Counted from the stretch's first letter, positions 13,271 to 27,189 are shown. The stretch is DNA of 64,000 bases from Eledone cirrhosa (GCA_964016885.1 OZ024742.1:12524001-12588000); one strand, 5' to 3'. Numbers and translations are program-made. Notes: generated by a model from the letters alone, not told the origin.

Positions 13271-13890
13271 GGGGGTGGGGGTCTGTGTATGTATTTATTC
13301 ATACATATAAGCATACATACATATATATATATATATATGCATGTGTGTGTGCATGCATGCGTGTCCGAGTGTATATGCACAGAAAAATATGTGTGTGTGT
13401 GTCTGTGTGTTTGTGTGTGTTTGTGTGTTCGTGTGTATGTGTGTGTGTGCGCGCGTGTGTGTGTGTGCGTGAGTGAGAGAAGCTACGCTACACATAAATA
13501 TGAAGAATATACCTTTATCAGTTTTATGGACTCTCTAATATATGCTGCACTTCTCATTGTTTCTGCTTGCCTTACTATTAGAAAAAGTTTCAGCCGGAAA
13601 CGGAAATGCTCTTTAGCATAGTATCAGTGGATTTCGCTTTCATTTTGTTTTTGCATTTTAGTACTTCAAACGACACATGAAAGATACATTCAGAATACAT
13701 TCTTCCGAATAAAAATAGGAGGTAAAAATGACTAAAGGAATAAATATTCAGCACATAAAGCTTCTAAAATAACAGATGAAAACATATATAATGCTTATCT
13801 TTATTTCTCTCTCCTCTCTCTCACTCTCTCTCCCTTTCTCTCCCCACTCTCTCACTCTTTCTCCCTTTGTCTCTGTCTCTCTCTCTTTCC

Positions 13891-13945
<55 letters not shown>

Positions 13946-13953
13946 GTATATGC

Positions 13954-14010
<57 letters not shown>

Positions 14011-14107
14011 AAGAGAGGGAGAGAGAGATAGTTAAAATTTTACTAGATAAGACCAGTCTTCGACTTGATACTTTATATGTAAGAAAAGTAAAGTGTATAT
14101 ATATAAA

Positions 14108-14167
<60 letters not shown>

Positions 14168-14449
14168 ATGTATGTCTATGTGTGTGTGTATGTCTGTGTA
14201 TGTAGGTCTGAGCGTGTTTGTATATATGTCTGCCTCTATATGTGTGTGTATATATGTATGTCTGCCTCTATGTATGTAGTATGAGAGAGTATGTGTGTGA
14301 GAAAATGACAGACATTAATGTTGCCATGTCATCTTTTATGTTTTCTCCATGTTTTAATTCAGATGTTTAAGTAGTGTTAGGAAAGTGAACATATTATTTA
14401 TTGACAGTTTCGAGGCAAATCACTAAATTATTCAAGTTATTTGCATTAA

Positions 14450-14835
14450 TCGGAAGAGCGTCGGACAACTTGCTTTGTTGGCCGAGAGTTACGACCCTTT
14501 ACGTTCTGTGTTCAAATCCCGCCGAGATTAGCTTAAACTTTCATCCTTACAGGGTCGATAAAATAACGTACCAGTAATGTACTAGGGTCGATTTAATCGA
14601 CTTTTCCCTTCCCAAAATTGTTGACCTTGTGCCTAAGTCACAAACCATTCAAGCCGATGGATTGGCAGTATCGGTAGAGCATCAGTCAACATGCCATGCG
14701 CTATACACTTACGGCACCATTTTATGTTCAGAATTGAATTTACACTTCTTTGCGAGATCGACAAAATAAAGTACCAGTAAATCACTGGGGTCCATTTGGT
14801 CGACGTTCAACGTCCCCACCCCCAAATTGTTCAGC
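14450..14835 (+). mobile_element. Two tandem tRNA-derived SINE copies
   Basis: GTTCAAATCCCGCCGAG...TTTCATCCTTACAGGGTCGATAAAATAACGTACCAG. Second head TGGCAGTATCGGTAGAGC. Same family as 38850-39730. Confidence 0.75.
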
Positions 14836-14954
14836 CTATGACTGTTTCAACTGACACTCATACGTAAAAGCTTGCTACGTCTTTGCTATCTTCTTTCCAG
14901 TTGTTTTATTAGAAGCATACATATATATATATATGTGTGTGTATGTGTGTGTGT

Positions 14955-15292
14955 AGTATGATTGCTAGGATGCATCCATAGGCGGTATGCCGGTTGAGCA
15001 CTCTATGCTCCTTCGGAGCAAAGTATGATGATAAGGAAAACGAAGAATCCGTGATGCATCGGAACACAATTTATTACATATTACAATTGTTTCTCCGGCG
15101 AACAACTCGACGTGTGATCTGTGCGAGCAAAAGGAGAATATGTTTCGATACCACTAGACGTATCTGAGGAACTTGCGAATCCAGAGTCAGGTTCGATCCA
15201 CAAACAGATCGCACTTCGAGGTGTTCCCCGGAGAAACAATTGTAATACGTAATAAATTGTATTCTAACGCATCACTGATTCTTCGTTTTCCA
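14955..15292. mobile_element. Miniature fold-back PLE derivative (IR ~15033-15122 / 15203-15291)
   Basis: GGAAAACGAAGAATC.GTGATGC...ACAATTGTTTCTCCGG is inverted. The left arm has an ~80-bp tail. Confidence 0.75.
15158..15250 (+). ncRNA. Type I hammerhead, long stem II
   Basis: ACGTAT-CTGAGGA-...-GAAA-CAATTG-TA-ATACGT. Perfect 6-bp stem I; base of stem II imperfect. Confidence 0.75.
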
Positions 15293-15310
15293 AATTATAT
15301 ATATATATAT

Positions 15311-15836
15311 AAACAACACTGACCTAAGAAAAGTATAAATAAATAAATAAATAAATACACAAGCACAATAACAACAAACACATATAAACACACACTAGTA
15401 AACTAAGATAGAATACAATAACCAATACACAGTCACCCAAACACGAACACACATCAAACAAAACACTATACACACACACGCAAACGCATGCACAGAGAAG
15501 ACAAAAATAAATAATAAAATAAATAAATAAACAGACTAAATAAAGATGGCGTAGGCATACACTACAACGGGAGGAAACATAATAGCACCACTGACGATGT
15601 TGCACATGTGCAACGAAAGAACTTTGTTAGACTATATATATGTGTTTGTGTCTATATTGTATCTGTATTTTTGACCGTTGGTCAGTCAATGGTAACATTG
15701 AGGACCGAATAAATTAAATTAACCGATATAAAAGACACAGAAGCGAAAAGCGAAAACCAACCAAACAGTGAGTGCGTTCTGTTATTAATTCTGGCAATAT
15801 TATTACACAAATATGACCCTCGCCAAGTATAACAAT
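15311..15836 (+). mobile_element. PLE family-1 3' UTR copy with HHR at 15585-15630
   Basis: Colinear with 4610-5146. Contains CTGACGATGTTGCACATGTGCAACGAAAGAACTT and ends ATGACCCTCGCCAAGTATAACAAT(AT)n. Confidence 0.85.
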
Positions 15837-15990
15837 ATATATATATATATATACATACACCTAGGCGCACACACAAATGCTCAATCACATACACATATAT
15901 GGTACGCACACGCATAAACACATAAATTGACACACAGTTAGTTATTTATATATATACAGATATATAGATATAGATATATATGTGTGTGTG

Positions 15991-16067
<77 letters not shown>

Positions 16068-16068
<1 letters not shown>

Positions 16069-16345
16069 AATTTGTTTTATATGAAATCGTATGTCGAAAC
16101 GAGTATTGTTATAATCGATGATGTTGCAGATGTGCAACGAAAAAAATTTGTTAGACTATATATATGTGTTTATATCTATATTATATCTGTATTATTGACC
16201 GTTGGTCAGTCAATGATAAACATTGAGGACCAAATAAATTAACTGTGGAGATATAAAAGGTACAATAGCGAAAACCAACCAAACAGTGAGTGTGTTCTGT
16301 TATTATTTCTGGCAATATTATTACAATATGACCCTCCCCAAGTAT

Positions 16346-16351
<6 letters not shown>
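16068..16351 (+). mobile_element. PLE family-1 miniature: inverted tail (16068-16113) joined to a 3' end starting inside the HHR
   Basis: TATATGAAATCGTATGTCGAAACGAGTATTGTTATA matches 2479-2514. 16118-16351 matches 4901-5146. Confidence 0.8.
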
Positions 16352-16395
<44 letters not shown>

Positions 16396-16437
16396 AATGA
16401 AATAAAAACAAAGAACGAGTTCTTTATATTAAAAAAT

Positions 16438-16570
16438 TCATCATTTTACGATCGTTTCTAGGATGTATATGTGTGTTGGTATGTATATCATATAGATCTA
16501 TGTAAAAATATTACAAATTATCAGAGGAAATATACATACCTTCACATATACATGCTGTCTGAAATGATGA
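16438..16570 (-). ncRNA. Degenerate long-stem-II hammerhead
   Basis: TCATCATTT-(CAGAC)-long hairpin-GAAA-CGATCG-TA-AAATGATGA. Core mutated. Relatives at 31447-31586 and 36084-36165. Confidence 0.5.
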
Positions 16571-16598
16571 GATTTGTTTATATATATCTATATATCTA

Positions 16599-16666
<68 letters not shown>

Positions 16667-16669
16667 CTT

Positions 16670-17287
16670 ATAAGTATGTATACGTACATACATATATGCA
16701 TACAGACGTACAGTAGTATGTATATATATACATACATGCACACATATATACATGTAGCAAGGGCGGTGCCCCAGCATGGCCTCAGCCAGATGGCTGAAAC
16801 AGGTAAAAGAGTACGTACAAAGCGTGAGAAATGAAATTTCGTTTCATTTTTTCCATTGATCGTTTTCGGTGCGCCCGGTCGATCAACTCACTCGATATGC
16901 AAATTAGGCTGCTCAGCCGTTAATATGCACAAGGAAAGTATATACTTTCAGACGTTCAATCATCTGGCAGGAAGGTATACGGTGCTGACGATAGCTAATA
17001 AGCTGGAAACTAGTACATCGTTCCTTTGTCAGTGTTGAACAAAAGGGCAACGATGGTTGCTTAACACCGTACGGCTTAATTCGGGATGTTTATTTACAAA
17101 CAAACCGAGCATTATAATAAATGTTCGGTAAATCCATACGTACATATATATATGTGTGCATGTATGTATATATATATACATACTACTGTACGTCTGTATA
17201 CATATATGTATGTACGTATACATACATACTTACATTTAAGTAACTGCCGTACTAAGAGTGAGAAATGAAATTTCGTTTCATTTTTCC

Positions 17288-17290
<3 letters not shown>
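16670..17290. mobile_element. Fold-back element (IR ~16670-16756 / 17140-17232) enclosing an HHR
   Basis: TACAGACGTACAGTAGTATG / CATACTACTGTACGTCTGTA. Internal direct repeat GTGAGAAATGAAATTTCGTTTCATTTTTTCCA at 16824 and 17258. Same family at 36845-37075. Confidence 0.65.
16979..17021 (+). ncRNA. Canonical minimal type I hammerhead ribozyme
   Basis: ACGGTG-CTGACGA-TAGCT-AATA-AGCTG-GAAA-CTAG-TA-CATCGT. All stems pair and loop III is the palindrome CTAG. Confidence 0.85.
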
Positions 17291-17318
<28 letters not shown>

Positions 17319-17393
17319 TATGCTTGGTGGTCACCGATCTGTCCAATTCGTTTGTCTACCAGCATATCATGAAAAACTTATACATTTTCTATG

Positions 17394-17468
17394 TATTTTA
17401 TCTGAGGAGGATATGTTTTGCTTTATGTTATATATAAAACTTTACATCTTCGAAATATATATAAATAG
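17394..17468 (+). ncRNA. Hammerhead motif (stem I degenerate)
   Basis: TATTTTAT-CTGAGGA-GGATATGTTTTG...AAAACTTTACATCTTC-GAAA-TATATA-TA. Same 5' stem as the HHRs at 8138 and 29107. Confidence 0.55.
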
Positions 17469-17514
17469 GGATGATATAAAGTATATATCTTTCGTTTATT
17501 ACTATTATCATTAC

Positions 17515-17597
<83 letters not shown>

Positions 17598-18448
17598 GTA
17601 TGAATCGAAGTTGGAGGCGAAGTGGAACAGATACTTATATATATGCTTGTGTGTAGACATAGTTATATGAATATATATATCTCTCTACATATATGTATGT
17701 GTATATGTTTGTGCGTGTGTGCTTGTGTGTCAGTGTATGTATATATGTGTCTCTGTGTGGAGAGAGAGAGAGAGAGGTTGGTGTGGCCATCATCCTTATC
17801 TGATATGAAAAGATATATATATATTTATGAGAGTTACAATATTTGCTCTGGTTTTCTGTGATGGCTAGTAGCTAGCAGATGTTGGTTCCGTATCGGAAAA
17901 AGAAATCCTGAAAACTCTCAGATGTTTCAAGAGGAAAACCATTGGATAAGATGAGAATATGTTTTTCTGCTAAATTAACTCGGAATTATTTTAATGTAGT
18001 GATAGCAAGTTTTACTCCATCTTAGGGGGAAAGGAAGAGGAAGAGGGAATAGCAATTTCAAAAAGAAAACCAATTGATATAACTTAAGTGCCTTTATTAT
18101 ATAGTGAATGTGTGGTGGATGGGTGGATGTGAGTGTGGGTGTGTGTGTGGGTGTGTATGTGCTTCTGTGTGTGTGCGCGCGTGTGTGTGCGCGCGTGTGT
18201 GTGTAGGCATATATATATATATATATATGTGTGTATGTATGTATGTATTAGTGGAAGTAGTAGGATCTACAGCGAGCTCGGCGGTTTCAGTTAGTTACTT
18301 CTTTGGTAAATGTGTGTGTGTGTGTACATATATATGTATATATGTGTGTGTGCATTTGTGTCTTTGTATGTGTACGCATAAGTGTGTATATATGAGTGTG
18401 CGTGTACATTTGTGAGTGTTGGTGTGTCTGTCTGTGTGTACGCATATG

Positions 18449-18488
<40 letters not shown>

Positions 18489-18499
18489 CGTTGTACTTG

Positions 18500-18770
18500 T
18501 TGTTCTCACAACGAGGTTTGTTCCAGTAGTTCTAGCAATGTAATTGCCTGCACGTGAAATTAACGTAAGTGGTTGAAAATGTCATAGACATGTGTACCTT
18601 TAACGTAATTCTCAGGGAGATCCAGCGTGACACAGGGTATGATAGCGTCGGCCCCTTTGAATTACGGAGACAATTCATTTTTGCCACCTGAGTGGACTAG
18701 AACAAAGTGAAATAAAGTGACTTCCTCAAGGACACAGCACTGGTAGAGAATCAAACTCACTTTCAAAGAC
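18500..18770 (-). mobile_element. SINE body
   Basis: TTAACGTAATTCTCAGGGAGATCCAGCGTGACA...GTGAAATAAAGTG...CTCAAGGACACA parallels 11040-11190. Confidence 0.65.
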
Positions 18771-18882
18771 ATAAAATGTAAACACACACACATATACGAA
18801 CCAGCGATGAAGTCCTGTGATATCAGCTCAGCCTCCTTCAACCAGCGCTCAACCACGATTTAGTTGAGCCCTATCTCTAACT

Positions 18883-19193
18883 CAGCGTTTCTGAACCTTT
18901 TTACCTTTGTTGAATCATTGAAATAGTTTTCATATCTCAGGGAACCCCTTCATAAAGACTGTTATATACCTTTATTAATATCTATCTCTTTTGTATCTCT
19001 TAATATAAGAGGTCGAAGTCTTTATTACAACAACCAAGGACTTTCCAACATTATATCGTATGTTTATAGTAAAATTACGAATATAAAATTAAACAAAAAT
19101 TGCTCAAAAATGCATTAGCTTATTTATCACAGAACCCCTAGCGACCTCTTTCGGAACACTGGGGTTCCAGAGAACATCGGTTGAGAATGGCTG
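18883..19193. mobile_element. hAT (Charlie-type) MITE
   Basis: Imperfect TIRs CAGCGTTTCTGAACC / GGTTGAGAATGGCTG. Subterminal GAACCCC motifs. 8-bp flanks CTCTAACT / CTCTAGTC (decayed TSD). Confidence 0.7.
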
Positions 19194-20287
19194 CTCTAGT
19201 CGAAGAACTACCATTTGAATATGGAGAAGTAACCCTTTCTATGCTTGCTGTATCTCAACTGGATAGAATCAATGAAATTGTGTATGACAGGCCTTATTCA
19301 GAAGTCAACAAGCGTCATTGAACGGATATACCGGGCAGTTTATTTATTCGAGTAAACAACAAGCGGAAAACTCGGTGATAAATTTGGTTTCAAATTATGA
19401 AAGTCGCATATAAGAAGCTTCAGGAATTTTGAAGCAGATTTGATTCAACTGATGAAAAATTACATATCACATGGTCCTCTTTAATACCACAGGAAACTAT
19501 CGTCGTAAAATGCAATGATATATGCATAGAGGCCTAAGTAGATAATATTGCTGATAAAAAGGGGCTTTAACGAGGAGATAGGGTAAGAAAAGCCTCCACA
19601 TCTCCCAATCCTGAAGAAAATTAATATAAGCTGGTTCAATTTCCTGTTTCACCTAAAATAGTTTATTAACAAAACCTGGTAAATTTTTCTCATTATATAA
19701 GCAACATCTCCATAATTATCATAAATTACACACACCATTTTAATACGTATAACATTGGAGTGGGGTATTCTTGTCTGTACAACATAGCTTCTAGCATCAC
19801 GCCTTACACTAAAAGTACACACGCACATTTCATTCCAGACACCCACTTGTAACTGGTAAAGTCCATCTATGGTAGAGTGTAGAGTGATTGCTACCGTCAC
19901 CTGATGGTATACCAGTGTAATATACGGCTCTTAGAATCAATTATTTGAAGTTAAGATTTACTCAGCATATTAAAAAAAATACGTTGAATACCAAGAGCAG
20001 GGAAATCTCCCCTACACTTTGTCTGGAACCCTCGAAACCAATGATATGTCCTGCATATTTCTGCTTTATTCCACACAAACGTAGAATTTGTGTCTACGAG
20101 AGTTTACATACATTGTACCGTCTCACTGTATACCGGAAGAAGGAAGTTGATATGTGAATATGCTGCAGATCTGGGAGATCTCTTTAACAGATTTTAAGAC
20201 ATTTAAGGAACTTTTCTGGAATGTTTTATTATCAGTGGAATTTCAAACAAAATCTAAGATGACTACGCATGACAAAAAGGCGTTCGC

Positions 20288-21097
20288 TCCCATTCACCAG
20301 ATGTCGAGGCCACAATATGACCCATGACAACAGACCGGTGTTGGCTTCCATTCACCAGATGTCGAGGCCACAGTATAACCCATGACAACAGACCAGTGTT
20401 GGCTTCCATTCACCAGATGTCGAAGCCACAATATGACCCATGACAACAGGCCAGTGTTGCCTCCAATTCACCAGATGTCGAGGCCACCACGTGACCCATG
20501 ACAACAGGCCAGTGTTGCCTCCCATTCACCAGATGTCGAGGCCACCACGTGACCCATGACAACAGGCCAGTGTTGGCTCCCATTCACCAGATCTCGAGGC
20601 CACAATATGACCCATGACAACAGGCCAGTGTTGGCTCCCATTCACCAGATCTCGAGGCCACAATATGACCCATGACAACAGGCCAGTGTTGGCTCCCATT
20701 CACCAGATATCGAGGCCACAATATGACCCATGACAACAGGCCAGTGTTGGCTCCCATTCACCAGATGTCGAGGCCACAATATGACCCATGACAACAGGCC
20801 AGTGTTGGCTCCCATTCACCAGATATCGAGGCCACAATATGACCCATGACAACAGGCCAGTGTTGGCTCCCATTCACCAGATGTCGAGGCCACAATATGA
20901 CCCATGACAACAGGCCAGTGTTGGCTCCGATTCACCAGATGTCGAGGCCACCACATGACCCATTAGATGGCTACCAATGACAAGAGGCCAGTGTTGGCTC
21001 CCATCCAACAGATATCGAGGCCACAATATGACCCTCCACCAGATGTCGAGACCACAATATGACCCTCCACCAGATGTCGAGACCATAATATGACCCA
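20288..21097. repeat. 58-bp GC-richer minisatellite (~12 units) ending in 31-bp partial units
   Basis: Unit CATTCACCAGATGTCGAGGCCACAATATGACCCATGACAACAGGCCAGTGTTGGCTCC. No spacers between units. Confidence 0.95.
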
Positions 21098-21195
21098 TAA
21101 GAGACCACGATCGGCTCTTTTTTTTAGTTTTAAGCGTTCAACCGATCGGACGTGACTTTTCAGTTAAGTAATGCAATTCTGAGTTAAATTGTTAA

Positions 21196-23160
21196 TGTAT
21201 ATATGTAAAGTATGTATATATGTAAAGTATATATATGTATAGTATGTATATATGTAAAGTATATATATATGTATAGTATGTATATATGTAAAGTATATAT
21301 ATGTATAGTATGTATATATGTAAAGTATATATATATGTATAGTATGTATATATGTAAAGTATGTATATATGTATAGTATGTATATATGTATAGTATGTAT
21401 ATATGTATAGTATGTATATATGTAAAGTATGTATATATGTAAAGTATATATATGTATAGTATGTATATATGTATAGTATGTATATATGTATAGTATGTAT
21501 ATATGTAAAGTATGTATATATGTAAAGTATGTATATATGTATAGTATGTATATATGTATAGTATGTATATATGTATAGTATGTATATATGTATAGTATGT
21601 ATATATGTAAAGTATGTATATATGTATAGTATGTATATATGTAAAGTATGTATATATGTATAGTATGTATATATGTATAGTATGTATATATGTATAGTAT
21701 GTATATATGTAAAGTATGTATATATGTAAAGTATATATATGTATAGTATGTATATATGTAAAGTATATATATGTATAGTATGTATATATGTAAAGTATGT
21801 ATATATGTAAAGTATGTATATATGTATAGTATGTATATATGTATAGTATGTATATATGTATAGTATGTATATATGTATAGTATGTATATATGTATAGTAT
21901 GTATATATGTAAAGTATGTATATATGTAAAGTATATATATGTATAGTATGTATATATGTAAAGTATGTATATATGTAAAGTATGTATATATGTATAGTAT
22001 GTATATATGTATAGTATGTATATATGTATAGTATGTATATATGTAAAGTATGTATATATGTAAAGTATGTATATGTATAGTATGTATATATGTATAGTAT
22101 GTATATATGTAAAGTATATATATGTATAGTATGTATATATGTATAGTATGTATATATGTAAAGTATGTATATATGTATAGTATGTATATATGTATAGTAT
22201 GTATATATGTAAAGTATGTATATATGTATAGTATGTATATATGTAAAGTATGTATATATGTATAGTATGTATATATGTAAAGTATGTATATATGTAAAGT
22301 ATGTATATATGTATAGTATGTATATATGTAAAGTATGTATATATGTATAGTATGTATATATGTATAGTATGTATATATGTATAGTATGTATATGTATAGT
22401 ATGTATATATGTATAGTATGTATATATGTAAAGTATGTATATATGTATAGTATGTATATATGTATAGTATGTATATATGTAAAGTATATATATGTATAGT
22501 ATGTATATATGTATAGTATGTATATGTATAGTATGTATATATGTATAGTATGTATATATGTAAAGTATGTATATATGTAAAGTATGTATATATGTAAAGT
22601 ATGTATATATGTATAGTATGTATATATGTATAGTATGTATATATGTAAAGTATATATATGTATAGTATGTATATATGTATAGTATGTATATATGTATAGT
22701 ATGTATATATGTATAGTATGTATTTATGTATAGTATGTATATATGTATAGTATGTATATATGTATAGTATGTATATATGTAAAGTATGTATATATGTATA
22801 GTATGTATATATGTATAGTATGTATATATGTAAAGTATGTATATATGTAAAGTATATATATGTATAGTATGTATATATGTATAGTATGTATATATGTAAA
22901 GTATATATATGTATAGTATGTATATATGTATAGTATGTATATATGTAAAGTATGTATATATGTATAGTATGTATATATGTATAGTATGTATATATGTAAA
23001 GTATGTATATATGTATAGTATGTATATATGTAAAGTATGTATATATGTATAGTATGTATATATGTAAAGTATGTATATATGTATAGTATATATATATGTA
23101 AAGTATGTATATATGTATAGTATGTATATATGTATAGTATGTATATATGTAAAGTATGTA
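21196..23160. repeat. 17-bp minisatellite (AGTATGTATATATGTAW), ~2 kb, decaying into (GTAT)n/(GT)n up to 24210
   Basis: Direct periodicity, with TAG/AAG variants and 13/15-bp deletion units. Confidence 0.95.
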
Positions 23161-23684
23161 TATATATATATATATGATAAGTATGTATGTATGGTAAGTA
23201 TGTATGTATATATGTATGATAAGTATGTATGTATGTAAAGTATGTATATATAAATGTATGGTAAGTAAGTATGTATGTAAGTATGTATGTAAGTATGTAT
23301 GTATGGTAAGTAAGTATGTATGTAAGTATGTATGTATGTATATATGTATGGTAAGTATGTATGTATGTATATATGTATGGTTAGTAAGTATGTATGTAAG
23401 TATGTATGTATGTATATATGTATGGTAAGTATGTATGTATGAATGTAAAGTATGTATATATATATGTATGTATGGTAAGTGCGTATGTATGGTATGTATG
23501 TGTGGTATGTATGTATGTGTGGTATGTATATATATATGTATGTATATATGTATGTGTGGTATGTATGTATATATGTCTGTATGGTAAGTATGTATGTGTG
23601 GTATGTATGTATATATGTTGTGTATGTATGTATATATATATATGAGTGTGTTTGCGCACACGTCTGTTTCTGTGTGTATATGAG

Positions 23685-23737
<53 letters not shown>

Positions 23738-24104
23738 GCGTCTGTGTGTGTGTATGTCTGTGTCTGCATGTCTGTGTGTGCATGTCTGTGTGTGTATGAA
23801 TGTATAGCTGAGCGTGTCTGTGTGTGTGTTAGTGTATGTGTGTGTGTATGTGTGTGGGTGTGCGTGTGTGTATGTTTGAGCGAGTCTGTGTCTGTGTGTG
23901 TGTCTCTATGTGTGTGTCTATGTTTGTGTCTGTGTGTGTGTGTTTGTGTCTGTGTGTGTGTCTCTGTGTGTGTGTCTATGTGTGTGTCTGTGTGTGTCTG
24001 TTTGTGTGTGTGTGTATGTATGAGTGTGTGTATAGGTATGTGTGTGTGTGTATTTTTGTATGTATGTGTATGTGTGTATGTGTGTATGTGTGTATGTGTG
24101 TTTA

Positions 24105-24135
<31 letters not shown>

Positions 24136-24314
24136 GTATGTGTGTGTATGTGTATGTGTGCGTGTATGTGTGTGTGTGTGTGTATGTGTGTATGTATGTA
24201 TATGTGTGTGTCAACTCTGTTATAGCACATCAAGTTTTATCCGTTAAGTGAAAATATTTTAATACATTAAAACTGACTGGTTGAATGCAGAACAATAGAA
24301 ACAACAACAGAGAC

Positions 24315-24562
24315 AGGGGGGTGAGAGGGGGGTATGGAGGGGGAGAAAGAGTGAGGTGAGAGAGAGGCGCAGAAATAGTGAAGTGAGTTGGGGAGAGAGA
24401 GGCGGAGAAAGAGTGAGGTGAGTTGGGGAGAGAGAGAGGCGGAGAAAGAGTGAGGTGAGATGGCGAGAGAGAGAGAGAGCGAGAGAGAGAGGCAGAGAAA
24501 GAGTGAGGTGAGATGGGGAGAGAAAAAGATGCGGAGGAAGAGTGAGGTGAGTTGGGGAGAGA

Positions 24563-24593
<31 letters not shown>

Positions 24594-24613
24594 GCGGAGA
24601 AAGAGTGAGGTGA

Positions 24614-24655
<42 letters not shown>

Positions 24656-24980
24656 GAGAAAAGGTGAGGTGAGATGACGAGAGAGAGAGCGAGAGAGAAA
24701 GGGGAATTCTGTGAGATGTTCAAAGAGAATGAAAGAGATGGAGAGAGAGAAGAATGAGAGATGAGGGAGAGAGAAGGGAGACGGGAGAAAGAGAGAAGGA
24801 AGACGAGAGAGAGAAGGGGAGATGGGAGAGAGAGAGAAGGGAGATGGGAGAGAGAGAGAAGGGAGATGGGAGAGAGGGGAGAGAGAAGGAAGACGAGAGA
24901 GAGAGAGAGAAGGGAGATGGGAGAGAGGGGAGAGAGAAGGAAGACGAGAGAGAGAGGGGGAGAGAGAAGGGAGATGGAAG
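24315..24980. repeat. Polypurine compound minisatellite (GCGGAGAAAGAGTGAGGTGAG / GAAGGGAGATGGGAGAGA)
   Basis: Direct inspection. Confidence 0.8.
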
Positions 24981-26493
24981 GTGTTGAAAGGCGGTATATG
25001 AAAACTAAGAAAATATAAAGCTAAGATGTTTCGTTTATAAAGACAACATATATAGACATATACAGATATATATAGACATATAGAGATAAACTGCTGTATA
25101 AGACTATAGAGGAAATATATATAGACATATATAGATATATATATAGACATATATAGACATATCTAGACATATATAGACATATATAGATATATATATATAG
25201 ACATATATAGACATATATAGATAAACCAGGTGTATAAGACTGAGGAAATATATAGACATGTATAGATAAACTGGGTGTATAAGACTATAGAGGACATATA
25301 TAGACATCTATATTATAAAGCTGACGGCGGTATGTATGTAACAAACGTTTCGCCAAACGACTGGACCAAATAGCACCAAATTTGCACCATAGATGTAACT
25401 TTTTCCAAATAAGAAAGAGATTTTTGTCTTCTAAATTTAGTTAAACGATTAAAGATATTTTATCGTTTATTTACATATTCACTTCTTTAAAATTTTCAAA
25501 TGTCAACACTTCCGGTTATACGACATTCCTCTCTTTTTCTTAGTCTGTCTTTTTAGATAGATACATAGCTATAAAGTCGCGCCCTTATAATATGTCTCTG
25601 TGTGTCTGGCTGTCTGCATTAGATACATAACTATAACGTCGCACGCTTATAATATCTGTCTGTCTGGCTGCCTGTCTACATTGACTTCGCTTCTAACCAA
25701 CTTTTAATTAATTCAGTGCAAAGATACCCTCTCAATGATTAATTATATATATATATATATATAATTAGTAATAATAATAAATGTGAAGAATAAAATCCAA
25801 AGAGGGCTCGATAAGGATAAATATATATCAAATATATAAGAACCCTAGAGCAAATATTGTTCTCATTGTTGACGTATTATCTTCGCTTTTTTCCGTTCAT
25901 TGCCAGGGAACGTCTTCACGAACCAAAATATCGTCCTCCTGTTTTCCTTCGGTTGCAACGTTTTTCGAAATATTTACTTCTGCGTTCACAGATTGATGTT
26001 TTTAGTTTCAGAAGATCCCTTTAAGGGTGAAAGCAGCGATTCTTTGCTTACACTTTAATCCGTTATTTTAATATATATATATATATAAAGAAATTCACAG
26101 ACACATGCGAACACATACATATACATGAATATATCCACATATATCCCTGAATTTGTGGTGCCAACCTTAACCGTTGTTGCTCTATGAATAACTGGGACAA
26201 CATAATCCGAATGGATTAGATTGATTCAATATCAGAGCTATATAATACATTATAAAGAAAGAAGAAACATTAGATATAATTAATAAGATATACCATACCC
26301 AAATTTCTTCATTATCCTCGACTACGTCGTATCGTGGCTATTATGCAAAAACACTACATCACAGAGATACAGTATTTTTGTGAGGTTTGCTGACTTATCA
26401 AGAGGATACCTCATTTAGAGATTCAAAACACGTCCGTAGGACGCGAGATAGAATCCCGTAGGGCGGAGGGGGAGTCAATCACGTGATACAACG

Positions 26494-26861
26494 GTCAAGA
26501 AACAGAGCTAAGCCTCTTGCAACTAAGAAAAAAATACCACAAAAGACGGAGGGGGTATCTATATCAAAGCCGTAGAAGAGATGGCTAGGATGGCGAGAAG
26601 TGTGAGTAATGAAGGCTATCCAGCAGTCACTACACTTCAGTGGTTACTCTACCGTAGGGAGTTATAAACAATATAAAGAAATACACAAACACATGCGAAC
26701 ACATACACATACATGAATATATCCACTTTGATATAGATACCCCCTCCGCCTTTTGTGGTATTTTTTTCTTGGTTGTAAGAGGCTTAGCTCTGTTTCTTGA
26801 CCTAAGTATTGAGTACTTTGGTGCATTATGGTCCATCTGGTTAATTACCACAATTCCTTCG

Positions 26862-26862
<1 letters not shown>
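26494..26862. mobile_element. Fold-back element (IR 26494-26568 / 26727-26801) with one-sided tail
   Basis: GGTCAAGAAACAGAGCTAAGCCTCTT...CTATATCAAAG is inverted. The tail matches 7345-7400 in reverse complement. Confidence 0.75.
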
Positions 26863-26911
<49 letters not shown>

Positions 26912-26938
26912 CGAAGGAATTGTGGTAGGGAACCATAT

Positions 26939-26996
<58 letters not shown>

Positions 26997-27144
26997 ATAC
27001 TTTGGGAGGGTCATGTTGCCAATAAGAAACACACGCACCAGTTGCTTTCACTTCAATTTATTATAATAAATTTATAATAAATTTATAAATTTATAAATTT
27101 ATGGTTGGTTGGTTGGTTCCACAACCAGATAGTTGTTTATATAT

Positions 27145-27189
27145 AGTCATAGTTCTTTCGTCACACACTCTGTGACCTCTTCGGTGACT
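27145..27189 (-). ncRNA. Minimal hammerhead (CCGAAGA variant)
   Basis: Inverted copy of 27890-27934 with a T>C change in the core. Confidence 0.65.

Noticed and set aside
20288-21097. CRISPR-like appearance
   Set aside because: Contiguous tandem units with no unique spacers, no cas genes, and a eukaryotic context.
21184-23783. 861/863-aa YIH-rich ORFs
   Set aside because: Translation of the 17-bp minisatellite.
26008-26045. Possible HHR (CAGAAGA-TCCCT-TTA-AGGGT-GAAA)
   Set aside because: No stem I or cleavage-site match.
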